In this document: positions 14,340 to 26,700 of the stretch, piece after piece
How the letters are laid out: every line of letters begins with the position of its first letter
Numbering within the stretch: position 1 is the first letter of the stretch
Source: Octopus bimaculoides
Lineage: Eukaryota
Reading direction: 5' to 3'
NCBI RefSeq assembly: GCF_001194135.2
Contig: NC_068990.1
Coordinates: forward strand, 14,401,896 to 14,459,406
DNA: 57,511 nucleotides
Program-made: the position numbers and the translations under genes
The notes under the pieces: generated by a model
The model's database searches: none
What the model was told of the DNA's origin: nothing
The model's input: the letters and a program-made list of their open reading frames with translations, nothing else

Positions 14340-14533
14340 AATATTCTAATTTTGGCAAACGATCAGCAATTTCGAGGGGAAGGTAAGTCGATTATATTAA
14401 CACCGGTGTTCTCGAAAGGATGAAAGGCAAAGTCGACCACGGTGGAATTCGAACTCAGAACGTAAAAGAGCCAGAAGAATTGCCGTTAAGCATTTTGTCT
14501 GGCGTGGTAACGATTCTGCCAGCTTCCCGCCTT
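14340..14533 (-). mobile_element. SINE family A copy
   Basis: ggatgaaaggcaaagtcgaccacggtggaattcgaactcagaacg. Confidence 0.85.
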
Positions 14534-15129
14534 TAGAGTCTGGTAATGTGAAAGACAACGCTGATCTTAATAGGAATTCGTCTCAAAACGCAGACCTACA
14601 AGTGGAGAAAAGGTGAATGTGGTCAGAACCATTATTGCGAATTTCATCCAGACATGCAAGTGATTGGAAACGATCTCGGAATAGCCAGTCAGAGTTGGTA
14701 AAGTACATCAATAAAGTGGTGTATTACCTTGACAAAGATCATGTGATCAGGTTGGAGCACGTGAGCTTCCTGCTGTTGTTATTACTGTTGTTGTTTACTC
14801 TAAGTCTCTCTAACAAAGCAGAATTATAGACAAACACATTCAAGACACGGCCATCTCTTTCTCTCAGACGAAGTGGTCATTGTGTATCTGAAATTTGCTT
14901 GTGTCTTTCCCATTCAAGATGATAGAGTATCGCTTGAGTTCAGCTGAGCTGTTATTTCTGACAGCTCAGACACCCACGTAGAGGTTTTTTCTCGTCGGTT
15001 TGTTACAAACACTTTAGATCAAAAAACGTCTCTTGAAACGAAGGTGATAGTGAGAAACGTCCCGGACTTGGATAACGGCTGTCCTGACATTAAATGAGGA
15101 TTCAGTTTTTCAAATATTCTCAACACATT

Positions 15130-15300
15130 CAAATCTTGGCATAAGACCAGTTTTAAAGGAGGCAGGTACTTGATTACATCGGCTCTGAAAGGATGAGAGG
15201 TAAAGTCTATCTCGATAGCATTTGAACTCAGAATGAATAGCTAGAAGAAATGCCGCTAAACGTTTTGTCCAACCCACTGACGATTCCAGCTGCTCGCCAT
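15130..15300 (-). mobile_element. SINE family A copy just downstream of the mucin 3' end
   Basis: catttgaactcagaatg...ctgctcgccat. Confidence 0.75.
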
Positions 15301-15352
15301 CTCAGAAAGATTTAATAACAAACAATACGACAATATGAAGGGAATGCAAATA

Positions 15353-15358
15353 TTTATT
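15353..15358 (-). promoter_or_regulatory. Probable polyadenylation signal (AATAAA) of the mucin gene
   Basis: TTTATT on the + strand, about 110 nt downstream of the stop. The region is AT-rich, so a chance match is possible. Confidence 0.6.
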
Positions 15359-15466
15359 AATTATTTACTTAAATCAAAATGTTACAAATATAATTTTTCC
15401 GTTAAAAATATAGATTCTTCTGACAATATTGTGTTCACGTTAGCACAGTTGCGTTGTTGTTGACCT

Positions 15467-15549
15467 CTACATAGGTTCGCTTCCGGTGCAAACATTGCAA
15501 GCACAGGAAACAATGCGACTGAAGCTATGTCGGTGAGTTTTACCATTTG
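15467..15549 (-). CDS. Mucin terminal exon: end of the CTCK and stop codon
   Basis: Acceptor ttttttcatttccaatag|CA AAT. Encodes ANGKTHRHSFSRIVSCACNVCTGSEPM* (TAG at 15467-15469) and supplies the final CxCxxC of the knot. Confidence 0.92.
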
Positions 15550-16627
15550 CTATTGGAAATGAAAAAAACAAAAACGAGATGAATATATTTGTAGGAAATG
15601 AAAAAAAGAAAACATGGCATCGAGGCTAAGAAGCTCGCTTCCCAACCAAGTGGTTTTGGTTTCAATCTCACTGTGTGATACCTTGGGTGTTTTGAGAGTA
15701 TTGTTTGGTTGATTGCAGTTGAAAGAAACCTGTCATGTGTGTGTGTGTGTAAACAATAAATTAAATAAAGAGAATTCCTTTCCTTAGTTTGTCACTATAT
15801 ATATATGTGTGTGTGTATTTGAACTCTTCTTACAGCATTAAGAATATTTTAACTCTTATTTCTAGGAATGTAGGTGCCTTAGCACCCTTAGTCACACTTA
15901 GTGACGATAAAATTGTTCTTTATAGTATTGCATTGCGCCTAGCAGTTTACATTAACTTTTAATATCAACATTAGCATTTTGCTAAATCATCCATAAATTT
16001 TAATAGCTTATATATATATATATATATNNNNNNNNNNNNNNNNNNNNNNNNNNNNNNNNNNNNNNNNNNNNNNNNNNNNNNNNNNNNNNNNNNNNNNNNN
16101 NNNNNNNNNNNNNNNNNNNNNNNNNNNNNNNNNNNNNNNNNNNNNNNNNNNNNNNNNNNNNNNNNNNNNNNNNNNNNNNNNNNNNNNNNNNNNNNNNNNN
16201 NNNNNNNNNNNNNNNNNNNNNNNNNNNNNNNNNNNNNNNNNNNNNNNNNNNNNNNNNNNNNNNNNNNNNNNNNNNNNNNNNNNNNNNNNNNNNNNNNNNN
16301 NNNNNNNNNNNNNNNNNNNNNNNNNNNNNNNNNNNNNNNNNNNNNNNNNNNNNNNNNNNNNNNNNNNNNNNNNNNNNNNNNNNNNNNNNNNNNNNNNNNN
16401 NNNNNNNNNNNNNNNNNNNNNNNNNNNNNNNNNNNNNNNNNNNNNNNNNNNNNNNNNNNNNNNNNNNNNNNNNNNNNNNNNNNNNNNNNNNNNNNNNNNN
16501 NNNNNNNNNNNNNNNNNNNNNNNNNNNNNNNNNNNNNNNNNNNNNNNNNNNNNNNNNNNNNNNNNNNNNNNNNNNNNNNNNNNNNNNNNNNNNNNNNNNN
16601 NNNNNNNNNNNNNNNNNNNNNNNNNNN

Positions 16628-16666
<39 letters not shown>

Positions 16667-18379
16667 TGGCAGACGGAATTAGCAAAACATCGGTCATTTG
16701 AACAGTCACAACTGACGATCCCTGTGACATAGGTGCAACTAGGCCTAGTCTGATGATCCAAGAGACGGTCATGGGGCGGTTACCTCCCCTATCAGTATAT
16801 GTATTTGCACTCTTCTTACAGCATTAAGAGTATTTTAATTCTTATTGCTAGCAATGTAGGTGCTTCGGCACCCTTAATCACACTTAGGGACGATTAAATT
16901 TTTCCTTTGTGGTATTACATTGTGCCTAACTGTTCATATTAATTTACATGGGTGTTTGTGTATATGTAGGTTTGCATGCATGTTTGTGTGCACGTAGGCT
17001 TGTGTGCATGTTTGTGTGTTTATGCTTTCTTGTTTCAACATTACAGGATAGATGTAAACTAATGTCACAGCCATAAACATTGTCTATCGTTTTCAGTCTT
17101 TTGAGGAAACATGTCCAGCCATGGGGAAATATTACCTCACTTAGAGACAAGTGAGAACTGGCGAGACGAAAGGCATCCAACCATAGAAAATTTACCTCAA
17201 CAAATTCTTTGCACCTCATGGGAGCGGAGAAAAATGTATGTTGATATATATNNNNNNNNNNNNNNNNNNNNNNNNNNNNNNNNNNNNNNNNNNNNNNNNN
17301 NNNNNNNNNNNNNNNNNNNNNNNNNNNNNNNNNNNNNNNNNNNNNNNNNNNNNNNNNNNNNNNNNNNNNNNNNNNNNNNNNNNNNNNNNNNNNNNNNNNN
17401 NNNNNNNNNNNNNNNNNNNNNNNNNNNNNNNNNNNNNNNNNNNNNNNNNNNNNNNNNNNNNNNNNNNNNNNNNNNNNNNNNNNNNNNNNNNNNNNNNNNN
17501 NNNNNNNNNTATATATATATATATGCTATTTGAATTTACATGTACAGTTCATTTAACACATTTCTACACACTTGCCATTTACTCAATTTCACTTACTGAA
17601 TGCCATCTGTGAATAAGTTCTTCTTTTTTTGTGCTGGGGAACACAGAATTATATAAGATTTTGTTGTTAAAATTTACGTGCAATAAATTGCTTATACTTC
17701 TACAAAACACGAAATATCTTAATTATTTTTTATACAATTCCTAATAATATTTAATTATAAATATAAATATAATAATTGTTTTTTAATATATTGAATGGCT
17801 ATGGAGGCCCAGTAGAGTAACAAAGGAATCAATGGGATCCATAGGTAAAAAAAATAGTTGAGAATCACTGATTTACATGGAACATAGAATTCAATAGTCA
17901 GTAACAAAATTGCTTCCTGTTTCTGGTAGATTTTATAATAATTAGTGATAGACATTTGGAATAGAGATAAGCTCCCAATCTGGTAGAAACATGATCCAGT
18001 TTTGATTCATTCTTCGAATCATTTCATTTCAAAGTCACTGCTAACACTTTTGGAAAGGGCAGCGGGTATCAAAACATATTGTACCTTCTCCTCCAATTTA
18101 ATATCCTGAACCAAATCTGACTGAAATCAATAATTGAAATGCTGGACAGATCTATACATTGCTCACTTAGCACAAACTTAGATATTTATTTTTATAGTTG
18201 AATTGTATATTAAATTGTTTATGCCTTTCAGGTTCTTACCAACTGTGAATCTGTCAGTGATTCAATTTAGTTATGCTAATATTCAACTGAAGTCTAATCT
18301 GCTTACTTAAAAAGAGGAAACTAAGTGCTGATGCCTTTTCCAATGTGACATGAAAAGTGAAATGAAAAATATTATTTGC

Positions 18380-19128
18380 CTGGCACGTCTGTGTGGTTAA
18401 GAAACTTGCTTCCCAACCATGTTATCCCAAGTTCAATCCAACTGCACAGCACCTCAGGCAAGTGTCCTCTACTATAGTCCCAGGCCAATTAAAACTTCAT
18501 AAGTGAATTTGATAGATGGAAACTGAAGAAAGTTCTTTGTATATGTCTATCCTGCATGATGTGCTAATGAGGCAATAACCAGGGTTATAATTATGTGGTG
18601 GTGGTGGTGAGGAGGAGGAGGAGGAGGCTGTTTTCATTCAATAAATCCAAATATACATACCACACTTCACCATCACAGAGTCTTGTCTAACTTCAGCAGG
18701 AGCACAGCAGCGACATACACTCTGTATGTTACCATCTTCCCTGGTGCGAGCATAAGAATTGCAAGATCCACGACACTCCATAACCTTAACTGGATGGATA
18801 GCTTCACAACCCATGACTTTTAGTGTGATATTTACAGCAAATGGCTGGCACTGGTCTTTTGGAGCTTCTGCAAGACAGAATAAGAACATAATGGATTAAT
18901 AAGTGATTAATGATGAGGCAAATGAAAATTAGAAATATATTTTTAGCCAAAATATTCTATTAATATAATTAGGCATGTCTGTGTGGTTAAGAGGGTTGAT
19001 TTGCCTCTACATAGTTTGGAATTTAGTCCCACTGTACAGCACCAAGGACAAGTGTCTTCTACTATAGACCCAGGCCAATAAATGAGTTGTGAATGAATTT
19101 AGTTGACAGAAAGTGTACAACAGTCTGT

Positions 19129-19197
<69 letters not shown>

Positions 19198-19213
19198 NNN
19201 NNNNNNNNNNNNN

Positions 19214-19270
<57 letters not shown>

Positions 19271-19480
19271 CTAACTTTGTGCCTGTGTTCCTCCCCACTC
19301 ATCTCTTGACAACCAGGGTTGGCTTATATCCCTGCAACTTAGCAGCCCAGTAAGAGAAAATGATAGAATACCAGGCCTAGAAATAAGTAGTGGAGTAGAT
19401 TTGTTTGACTAAAAAACTCCAAGGCAGCACCCCAGCATGGCCACAGTCCAATGACTGAAACAAGTAAAGAGCAAATGATA
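18380..19480 (+). mobile_element. SINE family B copies flanking the CTCK exon (about 18380-18545 and 18970-19480, the latter with a (GT)n middle and a 3' extension)
   Basis: ctgtgtggttaagaa...cttcccaacca...gcacc.(.)ggcaagtgtc.tctactatag core. Further copies at about 15615, 33455 (-), 41680 (-), 42835, 46190, 47540, 49215 and 52790. Confidence 0.8.
18661..18867 (-). CDS. Mucin exon: C-terminal cystine knot (CTCK), first part
   Basis: Acceptor ctgtcttgcag|AA GCT; donor TGT G|gtatgt; 207 nt. Contains the CxGxC (CRGSC) and CxCC (CRCC) knot motifs. Confidence 0.93.
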
Positions 19481-20576
19481 ACAGGAAAGGAATTGGCATT
19501 TTAAGATATGTCAATGCTCAAGATTTGTAAGACAGACTAACATATTTATTTGTGGATATTGCTCTGAAAGTAATAACATGAATGATATTTGATCTCGTAT
19601 CAAGTCAAAATAAATTCTAATCCTTATAAAATACTACAGGTAGTGTGGTGATCAACACTTAGATACATTTGTTGGCAGATACCAGCATAGATCAGCACAC
19701 AACTGTTTGCTGAAGTTATATACAAAAACATCAACTCTTGTTAGATCAATTAGTTTGGAGGTGTTTTTGACTGATCAGGCACAATAATGTTGAAACACCA
19801 AGTGCCCTAGAATCCTTTGTGTTAATGAATCAAGAAGTGTATTTTGATCACATATTCATCATAAAAGAGAAGTTGTGCTCCAGTGATGAAACACAGCAGC
19901 AATTAACATGTTCATGTTTGAATCTACAAGAACATATAAAGAATGAATATGTATGACATTGTCCTCATTCTTGCTGTTCACTGAGTTTATGATGCTATAT
20001 TGTTAGTTGGCAAATATCACCATGAATCAGTGAACAAACTGTTCACTGAAGTTATATACAAAAAACATCAGCCCTTGTTAGATTCATAAGTCTGGTGGAT
20101 GTTTTTGACCGATGAGACACAATGATGTCAAAACACTGGCTATCCTAAAATTGCTCGTTCTAATGAATCAAGTAAGTGTATTATGAACATATATCCATCA
20201 CAAAGTAGTTGTTCTCCTGTGATAAAACAACAGTGATCGTCATATTCATATTCAAATCTGCCAGGACATATAGAGAGTAAATATGCAAGTCATCATTTGT
20301 TCCTTTAGTGTGAGTCGTATCCCACTAGTGGTACTTTGTATTTCCTCACTTAGTTATCAATTTCCATAAAATAAACCCATTTCCAACTATATTTACAATG
20401 AAACTATTATCCTTCATATTAATCAAGTACCATAATCTATGTGTAAGCCCCAAATTTTGTTTGCTAATACTCATTAATGCCTTAACATGACAGTACCCTA
20501 ATCTCAAGCTATTTGATATGCTACATCAATTACTTCTTAATGAGCTCCTGAGTAAATTACAGATTATTTAACTTAC

Positions 20577-20894
20577 CTGTTGAAGGTACAACAGTACTTC
20601 CAGTGGAGCTAGGTGTGGTTGTTGTTGTAACTTTTGTAGCATTGCTAGCTACTGATGTTTCTGTGGATGATAGTGCTGTCGATGTTTGACTAGTAGTTGT
20701 TCCAGGGGATGTCTCAGGTGATGTCTCAGGTGATGTCTCAGGTGATGTCTCAGGTGATGTCTCAGGTGATGTTTTCAGAGAAACAGAGGGACTGGATGTA
20801 ATTGTACTAGGTTCGGTCACACTTTGAGTTGTTGAAGCTGATGTTGAAATGTGAGATGTACCAGAAACTGTTGTGGGTTTACTTGTTGTCTTAG
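20577..20894 (-). CDS. Mucin 318-nt S/T exon containing (TSPE)n
   Basis: Acceptor ttaattttcag|CT AAG; donor ACA G|gtaagt; phase 1-1; S/T/P-rich. Confidence 0.9.
20708..20767 (-). repeat. Coding VNTR: 5 perfect 12-bp units encoding (TSPE)5
   Basis: GATGTCTCAGGT x5 on the + strand. Confidence 0.95.
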
Positions 20895-21215
20895 CTGAAA
20901 ATTAAAACATTTTGTCTTCCTAAGTAACATGCTGTCTTTTAAATTTGACTTATTAAACATATTGAGGCTGTGGAAAATATAACTGAATTGCATAAATCTA
21001 ATTTTCTCCTCAAATAAATTAGAGAAAACTGAAGTTGCATGAGTTAATATAGGATATCATACTCCCTGTTAATGCTTTTGTTGGCATATTTCTTCTGAAA
21101 CATACTGTGTTTGCCACAATTAATTGTTAAAATTATTAAGAATTTAATAAAATAATTCTGCCATTATGAAGCTAGTGTTTAGAATATAAATTACAATATT
21201 TTCCAACATACAAGT

Positions 21216-22000
21216 TACGAGAGGGTACCAAAAGGAACCTGAATTTTACAATATAATTTTATTCACTTAGTTTTACATGTTTACACTTTTCTCGCCTTGA
21301 AATTATTCTCCATTTGAAGCAATACATTGGTCCAGCTGCATTTTCCATTACTCAAAGCAGTGCTGGAACTCTTGTGAAGTGATGCCTTTTAATGCCTCCA
21401 TTGCTTTTCCTTCCCCTCTTCCACATCTGTAAATTCTGTAGCACCAGCTTTCGTCACCAGTGATGACCTTCGAGAAAAAGGTCTGGATCAACTTCCAACT
21501 GTTCTTTCAATTTACAACACACATTCAGTTCTGACTGCTTTTGATCTTCAGTGAGCAAGCAAGGCACAAATTTTGCTACAATTCTTTTCATTCGCAATTC
21601 CTCGCTCAAAATTCGTTGGCAGGGGCTCCAAGACACACCAGCCATATCAACAAATTTGTCAATTGTTCAATGACAGTCCTCCAAGACCAGTTCATGAATT
21701 TTCATATTTTCATTCATTTGGGAGGTTAACAGTCACCCTGAACAAGGTTGGTCCTCAAGCGACAAGTAACCATTCTCTGAAGTGGGAAAACCATTCATAA
21801 ACTTGTGGTTTTCTCATGGCAGTCGTCTTGTAACTTGTTTGAATCATGGCAACTGTTTTGGCTGCTGTTTCCCCAAGCAGAAAACAAAATTCCATGAAAG
21901 CACACTGTTGGAGACCCTCTTATATAGTGTAAACATGTGTAAACATACAAACATTGCCATTATCATTCTGAATTCTGTACATTCCACATGGAATTTTTGA
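21216..22000 (-). mobile_element. Degenerate mariner transposon
   Basis: Minus strand gives SWSPCQRILSEELRMKRIVAKFVPCLLTEDQKQ and, after a frameshift, SKVITGDESWCY (first catalytic Asp). Ends approximate. Confidence 0.85.
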
Positions 22001-22254
22001 TCCTCTATATTTGTCTTGGATGTACCAATTTTGGCTGTAAATTTTCATCTGAAAACTCGTATGCCAGAAAATACAGTAACCTGAAACTTTGATCAACTGT
22101 TTTAATTCAGATCACTTTAAATCAAGAAGTTTGTATCACAGAATCAAGAGCAATTTCAGGAAGGGTGGCATTCAATGAATTAAAGAATTTAAAGTTCAAA
22201 CCTTTAATGATCAGGGACCATTTCATCTTACTGAAAATAGCCATCATTCTTCAT

Positions 22255-23135
22255 TCATCATCATCATCATCATCATCATTTAACGTCGGCTTTCCATGCT
22301 AGCATGGGTTGGACGATTTGACTGAGGACAAGTAAAACCGGATGGCTACACCAGGCTCCAAACTGATCTGGCAGAGTTTCTACAGCTGGATGCCCTTCCT
22401 AATGCCAACCACTCCAAGAGTGTAGTGGGTGCTTTTATGTGCCACAGGCACGAAGGCCAGTCAGGCGGTACTGGCAACAGCCACGCTCAAAATGGTGTAT
22501 TTTACGTGCCACCTGCACAGGAGCCAGTCTAGTGGCACTGGCAACGATCTCGCTCGAATGTCTTTACACGTGCCACCGGCACAAGTGCCAGGAAGGCGAC
22601 GCTGGGCACAGGTGCCATCACGATTTCGCTTTCACTTGCCCCAACAGGTCTTCACAAACCAAGTTTTGTGTCCAATGAAGGAGACGACACGAAACTTGGC
22701 TTAATTGTTTTATACTTACTATGAACTTTATTCTGTAAACTCCTTTATATTTTGATAGGGCATTTAGAAAAGATGTTGGCCCTCACAGAAGGGATGACAG
22801 GGAACCAAGACTTCTGGTAGTCTGCTGTGCTTGAGAAGACACATCAAGCTAAATAAATAAGTGGTTGTCTTTGCATACAGGCATGTCCCCTTCATCCCTC
22901 TTCAGTTGGGCATTCCTAATCTTGCAGGCTCATGGGTGCCAGTACCATGTAAAAACCCATACTTTTGCTGCATAAGAGCACCCCATACACTCTGTAAAGT
23001 GGTTTGTGTTAGGAAAGGCATCCAGCCATAGAAACCATGCCAAAACGGATGACTGGAGCCCAGGCAGCTCTCCAGCTCCTATCAAACTGTCCAACCCATG
23101 CCAGCACGGAAAACAGACATTAAATGATGATGATA
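22255..23135. mobile_element. Two copies of repeat family C ((CAT)n-tailed, RTE-associated SINE-like): + about 22255-22700 and - about 22930-23135
   Basis: (TCA)n-TTTAACGTC.GCTTTCCATGCTAGCATGGGTTGGACG...GGATGCCCTTCCTAA.GCCAACCAC. Other copies at about 29480-29770, 34470-34783, 41185-41410, 49395-49830, 54365-54550 and 55020-55110. Confidence 0.8.
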
Positions 23136-23341
23136 TTAAATATTTGAGCCTAGAGTAATATAGCAGGTGTGTTAAAGTGTCAAACATTTGCTAGACTTGC
23201 TTATAACATTTCTCATCGTTGTTCATACAATTTTTGATGATTATGATCATAAGTTTAATGGTGAGTCACTGAAGAATACACTAAGCATTTGCAATGATAT
23301 CATTAGATATAACAGTAAAATATTAGCTATGTGACACTTAC

Positions 23342-23425
23342 CTGCGATTGTTGTGCTTCCTGATAAGGTTGTTGGGCCTGTAGTTGATTTCTTTTCACTT
23401 GTTGACGACACTGTTCCAACCGTTA
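23342..23425 (-). CDS. Mucin 84-nt S/T exon
   Basis: Acceptor tactttacag|TA ACG; donor GCA G|gtaagt. Encodes VTVGTVSSTSEKKSTTGPTTLSGSTTIA; phase 1-1. Confidence 0.82.
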
Positions 23426-23715
23426 CTGTAAAGTAATTGACAAGAAAATAAATGTTAAACCTTTTTAAGAGTCAGTGTTTATCTTGAACTTCTGTGAAAT
23501 TAGGTCAAGAATAACCATCAACATTCCCAAGAAAAAATTGCCTGAATGCCAAGGAAAGGGATAACTTTCAGCTACATAGCTGGCCTAAGGATATTCACCA
23601 ACATAGGGCAAAACAATTACCCAGGGCTAACTACATCGTTCTATTTACCTGATGTTATTTAAACCCTATAAACTATTAAAGGAGTTTGTCAGTGTAAGAT
23701 ATTATAACTAAATAC

Positions 23716-26700
23716 CTGATGCTGTTGGCTGTGGTGTCTTAACAGTTGGAGGAGACGAAGTAACCCGAGTTGCACTAGACGTTGTTGATGATGGTCCACT
23801 TGTTGTCATGGTTGCTGGAGGTGAGGCTGTGGATGGTGCAGCTGTTGATGTTGCTGGGGGAACGGCAGTTGTCGTACTTTTTGGTGTTGTTGGAGTGGCT
23901 GTTGCTGACAATGATGACACAGTTGAAACCAGAGGAGTAACAGTTGTTGTAGAAGAAGTACTGCTCACTAATGTTGTTGTTGTTGCTGATGGTACAAGAG
24001 TTGTAGCTGAGGTTAAAGCAGTTGCTGCAGATGTTCTTGCAGAAAGCACAGCTGTTGTGGTTGCTGAAGGTGTGGCAGCAGTAGTTGTTGCTGGTGGTGC
24101 AGCTGTTGTAGTTACTGATGGTGCACCTGTAGTTACAGAAGGTGCAGCTGTTGTGGTACCTGATGGTAGAGCTGTAGTTGCAGCTGTCGTAGTTGAAGAT
24201 GGTACAGGTGTTGTGGTTCCTGATGTTGCAGCTGTAGTTGCAGGTGATGTAGTTCCTGATGGTGTAGGTGTTGTGGTACCTGGTGGTGCAACAGTTGTGG
24301 TTCCTGATGGTACAGCTGTAGTTGCAGATGTTGTAGTTGAAGATGGTACAGCAGTTGTGGTTCCTGATGGTGCAGCTGTTGTGGTAGCTGATGGTGCAGC
24401 TGTTGTGGCTCCTGATGTTGCAACTGTAGCAGTTACTGATGTTGTAGCTGTTGTAGTTGCTGATGGTGCAACTGTTGTGGTTCCTGCTGTAGTGGAAACT
24501 GTTGTAGGTACTGAGGGTGCAGCAGTTGTTGTTCCTGATGTTGCAGCTGTAGCAGTTCCTGATGTTGCAACTGTTGTAGTTACTGATGGTGCAACTGTTG
24601 TGGTTCCTGATGGTATAGCTGTAGTTGCAGCTGTTGTAGTTGCTGGTGGGGCAGCTGTTGTAGTTGCTGATGGTGCAGCTGTTGTGGTTCCTGATGTTGC
24701 AGCTGTTGTAGAACTTGCTGTAGTTGCAACTGTTGTAGTTGCTGATGATGCAGCAGTAGTGGTTTCTGATGTTGCAGCTGTTGTAGAACTTGCTGTAGTT
24801 GCAGTTGTTGGAGTTGCTGATGGTGCAGGTGATGTGGTTCCTGGTGGTGCAGCAGTTGTGGTTCCAGTTGTTGTAGTTGCTGAGGGTGCAGGTGTTGTGG
24901 TTCCTGATGTTGCAGCTGTAGTTGCAGGTGTTGTAGTTCCTGATGGTGCAGATGTAGTTGCAGCTGATGTCATTGCTGATTGTGCAGCAGTTGTGGTTCC
25001 TGATACTACAGTTGTAGTTACAGTTGTTGTAGTTGCAGTTGTTGTAGTTGCTGACGGTGCAGGTGTTGTGGTTGCTGATGGTGCAACTGTTGTGGTTCCT
25101 GATGGTGCAATTGTAGTTGCAGCTGTTGTAGTTGCTGGTGGAGCAGCTGTTGTGGTTACAGATGGTGCAGCTGTTGTGGTTCCTGATGGTGTAACTGTAG
25201 TTGCTGGTGGGGCAGCTGTTGTAGTTGCTGATGGTGCAGCTGTTGTGGTTCCTGATGCTGCAGCTGTTGTAGAACTTGCTGTAGTTGCAACTGTTGTAGT
25301 TGCTGATGATGCAGCAGTAGTGGTTCCTGATGTTGCAGCTGTAGTTGCAGGTGTTGTAGTTCCTGATGGTGCAGATGTAGTTGCAGCTGATGTCATTGCT
25401 GATTGTGCAGCAGTTGTGGTTCCCNNNNNNNNNNNNNNNNNNNNNNNNNNNNNNNNNNNNNNNNNNNNNNNNNNNNNNNNNNNNNNNNNNNNNNNNNNNN
25501 NNNNNNNNNNNTTGTAGTTCCTGGTGGTGCAGCAGTTGTGGTTCCTGATACTACAGTTGTGGTTCCTGATGGTGCAGCTCTTGTGGTAGTTGATGGTGCA
25601 GCAGTTGTGGTTCCTGATGTTGCAGCTGTAGTTGCAGGTGTTGTAGTTCCTGATGGTGCAGATGTAGTTGCAGCTGATGTCATTGCTGATTGTGCAGCAG
25701 TTGTGGTTCCCGATGCTACAGTTGTAGTTGCAGTTGTTGTAGTTACTGAAGGTGTAGGTGTTGTGGTTCCTGATGGTGCAACTGTAGTTGCTGGTGGAGC
25801 AGCAGTTGTGGTTACAGATGGTGCAGCTGTTGTGGTTCCTGGTGTTGCAGCTGTAGTTGCTGATGAAGCAGCTGTTGTGGTTCCTGATGTTGCAGCTGTT
25901 GTAGAACTTTCTGTAGTTGCTGATGGTGCAGCAGTAGTGGTTCCTGATGTTGCAGCTGTAGTTGCAGGTGTTGTAGTTCCTGATGGTGCAGATGTTGTTG
26001 CAGCTGATGTCATTGCTGATTGTGCAGCAGTTGTAGTTCCAGATATTACAGTTGTAGTTAAAGTTGTGGTAGTTGCTGATGGTGCAGGTGTTGTGGTTCC
26101 TGGAGGTGCAGCAGTTGTGGATCCTGATGCTACAGTTGTAGTTGCAGTTGTTGTAGTTGCTGAAAGTGTAGGTGTTGTAGTTCCTGGTGGTGCAGCAGTT
26201 GTGGTTCCTGATACTACAGTTGTGGTTCCTGATGGTGCAGCTGTTGTGGTAGTTGTTGTAGGTGCTGATGGTGCAGGTGTTGTGGTTCCTGACGGTGCAG
26301 CAGTTGTGGTTCCAGTTGTTGTAGTTGCTGATGGTGTAGGTGTTGTAGTTCCTGGTGGTGCAGCAGTTGTGGTTCCTGATACTACAGTTGTAGTTGCAGT
26401 TGTTGTAGGTGCTGATGGTGCAGGTGTTGTGGTTCCTGGTGGTGCAGCAGTTGTGGTTCCAGTTGTTGTAGTTGCTGATGGTGTAGTTGTTGTAGTTCCT
26501 GGTGGTGCTGCAGTTGTGGTTCCAGATACTACAGTTGTAGTTGTAGTTGTTGTAGGTGCTGATGGTGCAGTTGTTGTAGTTGCTGATGGTGCAGCTGTTG
26601 TGGTTCCAGTTGTTGTAGTTGCTGAAGGTGTAGGTGTTGTAGTTCCTGGTGGTGCAGCTGTTGTGGTAGTTGATGGTGCAGTAGTAGTTGTTCCTGATGT

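Noticed and set aside
1-15300. A second protein-coding gene in the left part of the window
   Set aside because: The short ORFs lack recognisable domains or a phase-compatible exon chain, and most overlap SINEs or transposon remnants; small exons of a long-intron neighbouring gene cannot be excluded.
13640-16790. GC-richer islands at about 13640-13970 and 16665-16790 as possible ncRNAs
   Set aside because: No convincing C/D or H/ACA boxes, cloverleaf or coding motif could be established by eye; left unassigned.
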